In this document: positions 49,697 to 58,087 of the stretch, piece by piece | Layout: each line of letters begins with the position of its first letter | Position numbering within the stretch: position 1 is the first letter of the stretch | Assembly (NCBI GenBank): GCA_029261065.1 | Contig: JAJDCB010000008.1 | Location: 1 to 58,087 of the forward strand | Direction: 5' to 3' | DNA from: Candidatus Omnitrophota bacterium | GTDB taxonomy: Bacteria > Omnitrophota > Gorgyraeia > Zapsychrales > Zapsychraceae | DNA: 58,087 nt | The notes under the pieces: model-generated | Seen by the model: only the letters and a program-made list of their open reading frames with translations | Told to the model about the DNA's origin: nothing | Databases searched by the model: none | Translations under genes and position numbers: made by a program

Positions 49697-50563
49697 TTAT
49701 TTATACTCCAACGTAATTGATTTAATTTTCATTGATCCTTGATAAAAATTTTCATGGGGATCTCCAATGACAAAATATTCTGAGAAATCATCTTCTGTAT
49801 GCCAAACATCTGAAATGGCAACTCGCCCTTCCTTTAATAACGTGCCATCCTCCTTGGATATGCGCATAATATATTCACTTTGCGTTTTTTCAATCTCACT
49901 AATGTACCAACTCTTACGATCATAACTGACAACCTTCTCCCATTGATCACTCCATCGATTTCTTGATCCATCATAAGAGTTCAGCTCATTATTTTGGTCA
50001 AAATAGACCATAAAAATGGGGTTGGGCATGCCAGCCCCATAAGTGTTGTTATCGACATCGATTACTAGTTTTCGATGCTTATGCCACCATTCATTAATAT
50101 AATGATCATAAGGTTCCTGATCCGTAATAGCTAATAAATAACAACCATTCTCGTTTAAAGGGCCTTGATGATATTGACTATCTGGCTGTAAACCAACAAT
50201 ACGATCTAAGGCATAGTCAATACCCCCAACAACGACACTCACCTTATATGTCTTAGGTAATGGATCCGTGGAGCGAATGATAGCAGAATCGCGATAGGAA
50301 TCAGAGCGTTGCCAGGCCAAACCTGATGTGCCATCAATTTCAAATTGGCCGCCTCTAAATAACTCAAATGTTAAAAAATTGGACTTCCCAATTGCCAATC
50401 CATCATGAATATCCATACGCTGATCAAACTCTTCTTTCAAAATAGCTGATGCCCCCTCAGTCGGGAGCATACCTACAAAAAGATATCGAACCACAAAAAC
50501 TGACGCACCTAATATTAAAACAATAACAGTAATTAAAATAGCAATAAGGACATTTTTATTCAT
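49697..50563 (-). CDS. Membrane-anchored hypothetical protein, beta-rich (lectin-like fold possible)
   Basis: N-terminal TM; aromatic-rich beta-strand pattern; in the EPS operon. Confidence 0.6.
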   Translation of the reverse strand: MNKNVLIAILITVIVLILGASVFVVRYLFVGMLPTEGASAILKEEFDQRMDIHDGLAIGKSNFLTFELFRGGQFEIDGTSGLAWQRSDSYRDSAIIRSTDPLPKTYKVSVVVGGIDYALDRIVGLQPDSQYHQGPLNENGCYLLAITDQEPYDHYINEWWHKHRKLVIDVDNNTYGAGMPNPIFMVYFDQNNELNSYDGSRNRWSDQWEKVVSYDRKSWYISEIEKTQSEYIMRISKEDGTLLKEGRVAISDVWHTEDDFSEYFVIGDPHENFYQGSMKIKSITLEYK

Positions 50564-50586
50564 ATTATTGACAGAAACCCACCTTA

Positions 50587-52977
50587 TTATTTTAACGACT
50601 CTTTATGTTCTTTTAAAATTTTTCCTACTTCAATAATATAGGCAGCCATCAAATCCCTATACTGTTTTAATTTCTGGCCATCTTTGGTAAAATTACGTTC
50701 CGATTTAACAATCGACTTATCAATAATCAGCGTTTTACTCGCTTTACTAAAGACACCTTTATGTTTTTCACTTAGATTTAAATTTCTCATTTCAATTAAT
50801 TGTTTCTGTAAAAGAACAAAGTATTCATAATCTTCCATCCCATCACGAAAAATTTCTGCGCGTAACGATGGCACCGGACCTTTTTTTCCTGGATAAAATA
50901 ACAAACCATTTCCATTTTGATCCCACTTGGTGTTCGCTGCACTCTTAAAAGGATCAACATAAACCCACCAATTTACACTCCAATATAAAAACCCGCGGAA
51001 CCCTAACTTCCAACTCATCCAAGGGATAATCCTATAATCTACAGAGTCAAAATCAATGGCTAAATTGGGCGTTCCATCGCCGCTGGGGCCTGAAACATAC
51101 ATCCACATTTCCATGCCATAATCTTTAAGTTTTTGCATCTTTTTGGCATCAAAATTACTTATTTGAAAACACCAAATGTCTATATCTTTACCCCAATCCG
51201 TATTATCATCGGGATCCCAAAACCCATGATAACAAACCATATTTTTTAGTTTCGGATGCGCCCGATGAATCATCGAGGTGACTTTAGGAACTTGTGGATT
51301 ACCAATCTCGCCTTCATCCCATGTGTATATATACGTAGAGTCTATAAATTTATTTAGCGTTAATAATTCACCGTAACGTTGATACAAAGGTTTTAATTTC
51401 TCTAACTCCGTCGCATTGGCAGGCCAATTATTATTAAATGTCCCACCCTTTCGTCCGATGGCAAACTGACTTAAACCTTTGGGTTTATAGCGATCAATAC
51501 GACCTAATTCATAGTCCGATGTTGGGTCAATATTTAAAATTGGATCCATACGATACTTCAACATCTCTAATATAAACTTTTCATTTAAACCCCCAATACG
51601 ACGCTGATACTGGTCATATGATTCTGTTGCTCTTTGAGGATAACGCGTATGCGTTTCATGGGCATAAAAATCAAAAGCTGTTTTAAGATGACTATGCGTT
51701 GGTAATTGAAACGGATAGACTCTTACAAAAAGAGGCAACTCCTTTGTATCTTCTCCTTGAACACTAACTTTAATGAGCCCTTTATAAAGCCCTGGTTTTG
51801 TATCTTTCTCTGCATAAACAGTAATCCAAAACGGTTGAGCTTCTCCTGGAGGGATGTTAAGAAGTTGTTTCTCTAATAGTGGATCTGGCCACTCCCCAAC
51901 ATACTTAACAGGATAATATGGTTTTTTGGTTGGCACATAACCAACAATACGCGTTGTAATATTCTCACGAGGTAATACCGTTTTTAGAGACTCGTGAATA
52001 AGATCCGTAATTTCAACACGAACATCTATCAATTGATTCATTCCGTTTTGAACAACAATTTGAAAGGGCTCGTATTCATTGGCCGCTAAAGAAATTTTGG
52101 CCTCTGGACTAAAATCAGGTTCAACCAAGGTTTGACCATCTTTAAAAACACGATCAAGGCTCGACGCTATTTTAACGTCATAACCTCTTTCTAACTTTCT
52201 AGATTCACGTTTTGCTAATTCATTGTTTTTACTTTCTAACCCTTTAGAGATACGATCTTCTCCATCCGCCTGACGCATTCCCATATTATCAAAATACAAA
52301 AATGTATTCGTCTTTAAATGTTTCGCAAAAATCTTAACATAAGACATCGCATGAAGATCGCACGATTGCGCGATGGCTGACATAGGAATTTCAATGGAGT
52401 TATTGGCCAATGGTTCTAGATGTACGGGATAAGAATAAGATTTTTTAGGATAATTTTTTCCACTTTTAAACTTTACTTCTAAACTTACAGAATTTTCCGT
52501 ATTGTTATAAACATCAAAATGAAAATTTTCAGCCCTTGACCAATCTTGAGCGTCTCCTCCAAACACCTCCCATGAAAACCCAGGAAATTGACCATCCGTT
52601 GGAATTTTAACTAACAAAGAATGGCTCCCATGTGTAGGATGACCATCAGACACTTCAATGGTAACCTCTTCTTCTGCATTTAATTGATTAAGTTCATCAC
52701 CCCTTTCAAAACTAAAATAGAAATCTTTGGATTTTTTAAAACCGGCAAAAAAACCTCCAGACTTCTTTTTATTATCTCCATAACGTTGAGGAGGACCTTC
52801 TCTTAATCCTGTCTTGACCAACGCCGCCTTAGCAAGAGCCTTAGCTCGTCCCAATCCAACCCCAGACGAAATATATCGATAGGCTAAAAAAGAACCGGCC
52901 CCCAATGCGATCATAAGCACGATTCCAATAATCATTCCTGTTAAAAAATTTATTGTTTTATCTTTGTTTTTTTTCAT
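50587..52977 (-). CDS. Membrane-anchored DUF4091/GH123-like glycoside hydrolase with N-terminal CBM-like domain
   Basis: ANEYEPFQIV, WPDPL, QPFWITV, TWDEG, GFLYW, GLLFYPG, SLRAEIFRDGMEDYEY; start moved to MKKNK. Confidence 0.78.
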   Translation of the reverse strand: MKKNKDKTINFLTGMIIGIVLMIALGAGSFLAYRYISSGVGLGRAKALAKAALVKTGLREGPPQRYGDNKKKSGGFFAGFKKSKDFYFSFERGDELNQLNAEEEVTIEVSDGHPTHGSHSLLVKIPTDGQFPGFSWEVFGGDAQDWSRAENFHFDVYNNTENSVSLEVKFKSGKNYPKKSYSYPVHLEPLANNSIEIPMSAIAQSCDLHAMSYVKIFAKHLKTNTFLYFDNMGMRQADGEDRISKGLESKNNELAKRESRKLERGYDVKIASSLDRVFKDGQTLVEPDFSPEAKISLAANEYEPFQIVVQNGMNQLIDVRVEITDLIHESLKTVLPRENITTRIVGYVPTKKPYYPVKYVGEWPDPLLEKQLLNIPPGEAQPFWITVYAEKDTKPGLYKGLIKVSVQGEDTKELPLFVRVYPFQLPTHSHLKTAFDFYAHETHTRYPQRATESYDQYQRRIGGLNEKFILEMLKYRMDPILNIDPTSDYELGRIDRYKPKGLSQFAIGRKGGTFNNNWPANATELEKLKPLYQRYGELLTLNKFIDSTYIYTWDEGEIGNPQVPKVTSMIHRAHPKLKNMVCYHGFWDPDDNTDWGKDIDIWCFQISNFDAKKMQKLKDYGMEMWMYVSGPSGDGTPNLAIDFDSVDYRIIPWMSWKLGFRGFLYWSVNWWVYVDPFKSAANTKWDQNGNGLLFYPGKKGPVPSLRAEIFRDGMEDYEYFVLLQKQLIEMRNLNLSEKHKGVFSKASKTLIIDKSIVKSERNFTKDGQKLKQYRDLMAAYIIEVGKILKEHKESLK

Positions 52978-52987
52978 ATCACTTATC

Positions 52988-55102
52988 CTATTGATCCTCA
53001 TACAAAATTTGCAACATATTGACCGAATGTGCTGGCAGATTATACAAAAAAGAGGGCCCAACATCTTCTACATGGAAGGCATCAATTTTGACTGTATGGG
53101 GTTGGCCATCATTTTGAGCCTCTAAGGCTGGCCCATTTAAAATCCAAACTTTACCCACTTCTTTAGGGGTAACTCCATCGACTAAAATCTTGACGGTGTA
53201 GTCTTGTGTGGCATGTTTATTAATAAGAGCGATCGCAATTTTACTTTGCCCCTCAAAAGTACTACTGTACGCCGAGACATACGGCACATATCCAGAATAA
53301 GAATCTGATCGCCAATCCTGTTCTTTATAAAAGGTTGGGACATCTTGCATCTCTTGTTCTATGAGCGAATCCCCAAAATATTCTGAAAATAATTTTAAGG
53401 CAAACGCCTTAGGACGAATTGTATCACCATCCCAACGATTTCCACCCCAACCAGCATCTCTATCCCATCCTCTTACAAATCCAAACATGACTTCTTGTAA
53501 ACTGTAATTGATGGCTAATGGTATTTGGTGTAAGGCAAACTGCCCTAACGTATCAGCGTAAAAAATGGCATTTGCCAAGGACCACATCATCCCTTGATAT
53601 TCATAATCTAAATCTGAAGGTGCGCCATCCCAAGACCCATCCCATTCAAGAAACGTTGTTTCAATCTTATCCTTACGATGCGGCGCATATTTTTCAATTA
53701 AATTTTCAACCCGTTCTTTCATGGATTCAACAGCCAAATAATTCCCCATAATCTCCTCTGCCAAAGGATGATCCCTTCCCTTATATTTATGACTGGCATT
53801 AATATGATTTGGATACCAATGATAAGAAACAAAATCAATATGATCAGCAGCCTCGCGTATAACAGCTTCATCAAAATCCTGATAACCAGGCCCCCCAAGA
53901 TTGGCACCAATCTTAATAGAAGGATCAACAGCCTTCATAGCCTGGGCATATTGCTTAATAATCGCGGCATATTCAGAGCCACTCATATAATTTCGTTCCC
54001 AATCCCCATAAACCTCATTACCCATCTCCCAATACGTAACGGGAAAATTTTCTGTCTCATTCATGAACTTAACCCAATCTGCAGCCTCTTGGGGTGTACC
54101 TGATTCAATATTCACTTGAAGAACTAAAGAGGAGCCCATAATTTTCGCAAATTTAATGACATTCTCCATTTTGGATAAAGGTGCGGCATCAAATCGTTCA
54201 TTAAAATCAAAAACCCCCTCTTTCCAATGATACCCTTCTGAGCTACTTCCTGGAAAACGCATAACGGAAACTCCTAGACTTTTGCCAAGCTTTGCCACAT
54301 CCATTTCAAATTCTGTTTTTGCTGTTAAGTTACTTCCATAAATTAACGGGCTAATAGGGTGTACCTTTTTTTGAGGGTAAACTCTCAGCTCTAATCTATT
54401 GTCTAGATTTACACTATCTTCTTTCTCTTCTTTAATTAACTTTGCTTCTTCATTATAAATAATTTCACTTTGACTTATACGTATGTTATCAAGAAAAAGA
54501 GTCTGTTTTTTATTTGGGGAACTTACAAAAAAATTAATGTATGATATTTTGTTAATATCGATCTCTTTTGCTATTTCCTTGATCTTTATACGAATAGTCC
54601 TTCCTTCGCTTTCATCCAGCGTAAATACTTTTTCAAAAGATTTCTTAGGATAATTTTTTCCACTTTTAATCTTTACATTCAACTTCAACTTACCCTTATT
54701 AGGATTATAGACATCAAGTAAAAAGAATTTTCCCAACTTCCAATTAAAGACATCTCGCCCAAAAACCTCTAACTGCAATCCAGGAAACGACCTACCTTTG
54801 GGAAACTCAACAAGCAAAGATTTTTGACCATTGGTGGCAAACTCCAAAGATTGCTTTGAAACAGCACCATCATTATTTTCAAATAGATTTATATCAACTC
54901 GACTTTCAAATGTAATAAAAAAATGTTTTTGTAATGAACTAATTTTAGAATGCATGGATTTCGTCGTAACATCCGATCTACTATCTTTAATCGATTTATA
55001 AACAACATAACTACCGACAAGCACTAAGAACGTCACTAACATTCCTACAAAAATGCCTACCTTTAATGACTTTTGATTATCGTTATTTTGTGATTTTTTC
55101 AT
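52988..55102 (-). CDS. Membrane-anchored clan GH-A (GH51/GH79-like) glycoside hydrolase with N-terminal CBM-like domain
   Basis: PISPLIYGSN, MRFPG..YHW, acid/base YWEMGNE, candidate nucleophile FLEWD, C-terminal LPAHSV. Confidence 0.78.
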   Translation of the reverse strand: MKKSQNNDNQKSLKVGIFVGMLVTFLVLVGSYVVYKSIKDSRSDVTTKSMHSKISSLQKHFFITFESRVDINLFENNDGAVSKQSLEFATNGQKSLLVEFPKGRSFPGLQLEVFGRDVFNWKLGKFFLLDVYNPNKGKLKLNVKIKSGKNYPKKSFEKVFTLDESEGRTIRIKIKEIAKEIDINKISYINFFVSSPNKKQTLFLDNIRISQSEIIYNEEAKLIKEEKEDSVNLDNRLELRVYPQKKVHPISPLIYGSNLTAKTEFEMDVAKLGKSLGVSVMRFPGSSSEGYHWKEGVFDFNERFDAAPLSKMENVIKFAKIMGSSLVLQVNIESGTPQEAADWVKFMNETENFPVTYWEMGNEVYGDWERNYMSGSEYAAIIKQYAQAMKAVDPSIKIGANLGGPGYQDFDEAVIREAADHIDFVSYHWYPNHINASHKYKGRDHPLAEEIMGNYLAVESMKERVENLIEKYAPHRKDKIETTFLEWDGSWDGAPSDLDYEYQGMMWSLANAIFYADTLGQFALHQIPLAINYSLQEVMFGFVRGWDRDAGWGGNRWDGDTIRPKAFALKLFSEYFGDSLIEQEMQDVPTFYKEQDWRSDSYSGYVPYVSAYSSTFEGQSKIAIALINKHATQDYTVKILVDGVTPKEVGKVWILNGPALEAQNDGQPHTVKIDAFHVEDVGPSFLYNLPAHSVNMLQILYEDQ

Positions 55103-56285
55103 AATGATTTTGTAAATGTTGTCCTACAACCTTCCAATCATAAGTTTGACAAACAAGCTCGCGAGCTGATTCTTTAATCAGACGTAATTGATCCTCTGGC
55201 CTTTCCATCACAGAAAAAATTGCATTGGCAAACTCTTCTGGTTCATCAGCAATAATGATGTCTTGATCCTTGGTATACTTAATTCCCTCCGCTCCAATGC
55301 TAGTTGAAACAACAATTTTACGCATTGCCATCGCTTCAAGAATTTTTAATCGCGTCCCACCTCCCACACGAATAGGAACAACAAATATGTTACTCTTCTC
55401 TACATATGGCCTCACATCATCTACACAGCCCGTAACAACAATCTTTTCACTTAATTTTTTAAGACCACGCACTTGTGCTGATGGATTTTTACCCACAATA
55501 TAAAACGTCACGTCCTTTTTCTTTTTTAAAATTAAAGGAAAAATCTTTTTACAAAAGTATATGACAGCATCTTCATTAGGCAACCAGTCCATAGATCCTG
55601 TAAAAACCAAAGACATAGGATTATCTTTTTGCTCAGAATTTTCTTCTGATTTAAAAAATGCCGTATCCACCCCATTAGGGATAACGTCGATCTGAACTTT
55701 TGAATGAGCTATTTCTTCTAAGATTTCTTTATCATTTTTTGATACCGCTAGACACCCATCAAATTCTTTGATTATTTGGGATTCATAGATCATCATCTTC
55801 TTTGCTTGAAATTCATAGAGTGTTTTTTTTATAGGATTAGTCTCAACACGAGCACAACGTTGCAAAATCTTAAATTCCACATTATGCTCATCAACCACAC
55901 ACGGCGTATCCTCAAATAAATAACGATAATGAGTTGTATGAAGATGATCAAAATGAATGATATCGTATTTCTTTTCTTTTAGTTTCTTTAAAGTTTCCTC
56001 CATACCTTTGTCATAGTACTTATATATAGAGAAAGGTAACTTGTTAAATAGGACATGAAAAATCTTTTTAGCTAAAGAAACATCTTCCATAGGCACACAT
56101 ATCACCTCTTTTGCATACTTCTTTAACTCCGAGATATGATTTTTATCGTCATCCTCAAAGGAAAATGACACAAGATCCATGGTGTGACCCAACTGAGCAA
56201 TTTGCTTGATGATATTTAATGTTCTTATTTTTGCCCCTGTATCCGCTGGAACAGGTAACCTAGGAGCTATAAATAAAATACGCAT
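55083..56285 (-). CDS. Family 4 glycosyltransferase
   Basis: DEHNVE, VIPNGVD, FTGSMDWLPN, GGGTRLKILEAMAM. Confidence 0.92.
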   Translation of the reverse strand: MRILFIAPRLPVPADTGAKIRTLNIIKQIAQLGHTMDLVSFSFEDDDKNHISELKKYAKEVICVPMEDVSLAKKIFHVLFNKLPFSIYKYYDKGMEETLKKLKEKKYDIIHFDHLHTTHYRYLFEDTPCVVDEHNVEFKILQRCARVETNPIKKTLYEFQAKKMMIYESQIIKEFDGCLAVSKNDKEILEEIAHSKVQIDVIPNGVDTAFFKSEENSEQKDNPMSLVFTGSMDWLPNEDAVIYFCKKIFPLILKKKKDVTFYIVGKNPSAQVRGLKKLSEKIVVTGCVDDVRPYVEKSNIFVVPIRVGGGTRLKILEAMAMRKIVVSTSIGAEGIKYTKDQDIIIADEPEEFANAIFSVMERPEDQLRLIKESARELVCQTYDWKVVGQHLQNHYEKITK

Positions 56286-56289
56286 AGTG

Positions 56290-57099
56290 TTAGACCTTTA
56301 ATGATATATTCTGCTTTTGACACTTATCTTTAGATAATCCCTTAACGTGTTTTTGCGTTAAAAAGAAATAATTAATACTTTTATCGCCTTTAGTTCTTTT
56401 CTTAAAAACCTTTCCATTAAACCAATAGGATTGATATCCTTCTCCTTCTAATAAACTAAATAGCGCTGCTGCCTGCGTTTTGGAATCATCTGGATTAGTT
56501 GAGACTTCAATAAACCACACAGGCTTCATCTCTTTACTTAGTTCCAACGCTCCATTTAACGTAGAGAGCTCGTTTCCTTCAACATCACATTTTATAAATT
56601 TGATAATACGTTTAAATTTTTCATAAATAGAATCAATTCGACGGCATTGCACATCAATGGTACGTAAAACGTTTTTATCATCCTTTTTAACAATGCGTGA
56701 TTCATAGTAATTTTCTCCTCCTTGATCGTATAAAGGAACCTCCATTTTGACAGTCGTATCTTCATCAGAAAGAGCACAATTAAATAGTTTTACATTTTTA
56801 AGTGAAAGGTTTTCAACATTGTGTTTTAAAATGTCATACGTTTGAGGTATTGGTTCAAAACTATAGACCTGCCCTGAATCTCCAACGATAGCTGACATAA
56901 ATTTTGTAAAAACACCTATATTAGCCCCAATATCTAACACGCAATCGCCTTCTTCAATAAACTGTTTGATCATAGGAAAATCAAGCTCTTGATCATCAGG
57001 CATATCTCGTAACATCTTAACGTAATGCTTTTTTTTAAGCATCCTCAAAAACTTTTCAGGTAATAACGTTAAAACAATCTTTTTTAATGTTTTTTTCAT
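56290..57099 (-). CDS. FkbM family methyltransferase
   Basis: LDIGANIG, SFEPIP, NCALSD, FIKCDVEGNE. Confidence 0.92.
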   Translation of the reverse strand: MKKTLKKIVLTLLPEKFLRMLKKKHYVKMLRDMPDDQELDFPMIKQFIEEGDCVLDIGANIGVFTKFMSAIVGDSGQVYSFEPIPQTYDILKHNVENLSLKNVKLFNCALSDEDTTVKMEVPLYDQGGENYYESRIVKKDDKNVLRTIDVQCRRIDSIYEKFKRIIKFIKCDVEGNELSTLNGALELSKEMKPVWFIEVSTNPDDSKTQAAALFSLLEGEGYQSYWFNGKVFKKRTKGDKSINYFFLTQKHVKGLSKDKCQKQNISLKV

Positions 57100-57109
57100 T
57101 CTACTTTTT

Positions 57110-58087
57110 TTAAAAACCTTTTTTCTTCAGTGTAAGTACAGTAATTTCTGGCCGACACAAAAATCGAATATTTAATGTTTTCATACCAATACCACGATTA
57201 ACGTACATAGGCATTCCTTTAATATCAAATAACCCGGCCATATATGGCGTTCGATTGGCATACGTTGAAAATTGCCTAATAAAGGAAATGCCAACTTGGC
57301 CGCCATGGGTGTCTCCAGCTAGAATGAGTTGCGGATCATAATCTGCGATCGTATCTATCAACGCATGCTCGGGATCATGAATCAGTAATACTTTAGCCTC
57401 GTTTCTAGGAACACCTTTAAACGCCCAGTCAATATACTTTCGATCATTATATTGGCCTAGAAGACCATACTTATCTGACAAGCCAACTAACCAAAAACTT
57501 CCCCCCCCTTCAAAATCTAAACGAAGATTGCTATGGCGCAAAAGAGTCACTCCAATTTTTTCTAGATCAACCTGAGCAACACCTTCATTAATAAAATAAT
57601 AATCTGTATTTCCAAGGATCGTATAGACACCGTATTTAGCTTTTAATTGACTTAACACCTCAATAGCCAAATCCCAACCCTCAACACCATTAACAAAGTC
57701 TCCATTTGTTACTATCACATCAGCTTTAAGATCGTTAACCTTTTTAATAAGTTGTTTCTCTCGCTTTCCAATTTTTTCAATGTGTAAATCGGCAATCTGA
57801 ACAATTTTTAAATCCTGTAAACCTGAAGAAAATCTTTCATCTTCAATCGTTACTTTTCTTATCTGAATCCAATTTGGCTCTAACACCGTTACATCGAACC
57901 ACAGCAATACCCCTAAAAGAGTTGTAGCAATAAAAAATCCCTGCATCCATCGCGCAAATAGATAGGACTTGTACTTTTTCGTTTCATGAAAATACTGTCC
58001 CAACAACCTTAACAACAGCACCCAAATGATAGAAAAAAACACATAGATGATAAAAGCGACTTTTAAGATAAACAACAAAGGAAACAT
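57110..58087 (-). CDS. Membrane-anchored calcineurin-like metallophosphoesterase (YkuE-like), divergent motifs; start may lie beyond the window
   Basis: ADLH, NGDF, LGNTD, IHDP, GDTHGGQ, YVNRGIG, RFLCRPEI; the ATG is at the last base of the window. Confidence 0.82.
   Translation of the reverse strand: MFPLLFILKVAFIIYVFFSIIWVLLLRLLGQYFHETKKYKSYLFARWMQGFFIATTLLGVLLWFDVTVLEPNWIQIRKVTIEDERFSSGLQDLKIVQIADLHIEKIGKREKQLIKKVNDLKADVIVTNGDFVNGVEGWDLAIEVLSQLKAKYGVYTILGNTDYYFINEGVAQVDLEKIGVTLLRHSNLRLDFEGGGSFWLVGLSDKYGLLGQYNDRKYIDWAFKGVPRNEAKVLLIHDPEHALIDTIADYDPQLILAGDTHGGQVGISFIRQFSTYANRTPYMAGLFDIKGMPMYVNRGIGMKTLNIRFLCRPEITVLTLKKKGF

Noticed and set aside
587-56777. Numerous short ORFs in the track that overlap long genes (e.g. 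587-817, 24419-25015, 23919-24287, 18886-19251)
   Set aside because: They are antisense or out-of-frame shadows of well-supported genes, with no motifs or ribosome-binding sites.
1-58087. CRISPR array, rRNA, integrase, transposase or prophage
   Set aside because: No regularly spaced repeat-spacer series, no rRNA-like segment and no recombinase, transposase or phage motifs in any ORF.

Overview
AT-rich bacterial chromosomal window with no CRISPR array, rRNA, integrase or transposase. The gene mix (PilZ, type IV pilus/secretin locus, PEP-CTERM/exosortase, citramalate synthase) resembles Candidatus Omnitrophota/PVC-type genomes; this is an inference, not checked. From 1-22.7 kb almost all genes are on +: the 3' part of tRNA-Pro(GGG), a PilZ gene, an aspartate-family cluster (hom, thrC, CoaB-like, ApgM-like, lysC, cimA), valS, nadC, a CPBP protease, a three-subunit xanthine-dehydrogenase-family molybdoenzyme with MocA- and XdhC-like genes, a long acidic membrane protein and a cyclophilin, plus two REP/dRS3-like inverted-repeat doublets. 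At 22930-22957 there is a 28-bp XerC/XerD dif-like site, exactly where gene orientation converges. From 23-58 kb all called genes are on -: a DUF134 regulator with palindromic operators, a type IV pilus/T2SS-like locus, a GAF kinase / sigma-54 activator / TPR module, and a PEP-CTERM/exosortase/EpsI exopolysaccharide locus. The most unusual element is a sigma-54-driven three-gene unit (45855 down to 43691) encoding (i) a priming phosphoglycosyltransferase that carries a signal peptide and an INTERNAL PEP-CTERM sorting motif at its N-terminus, (ii) a conventional PEP-CTERM protein, and (iii) a 90-aa Gly-rich peptide with both a lipobox and a PEP-CTERM tail. All product calls come from motifs read by eye; no database searches were run.
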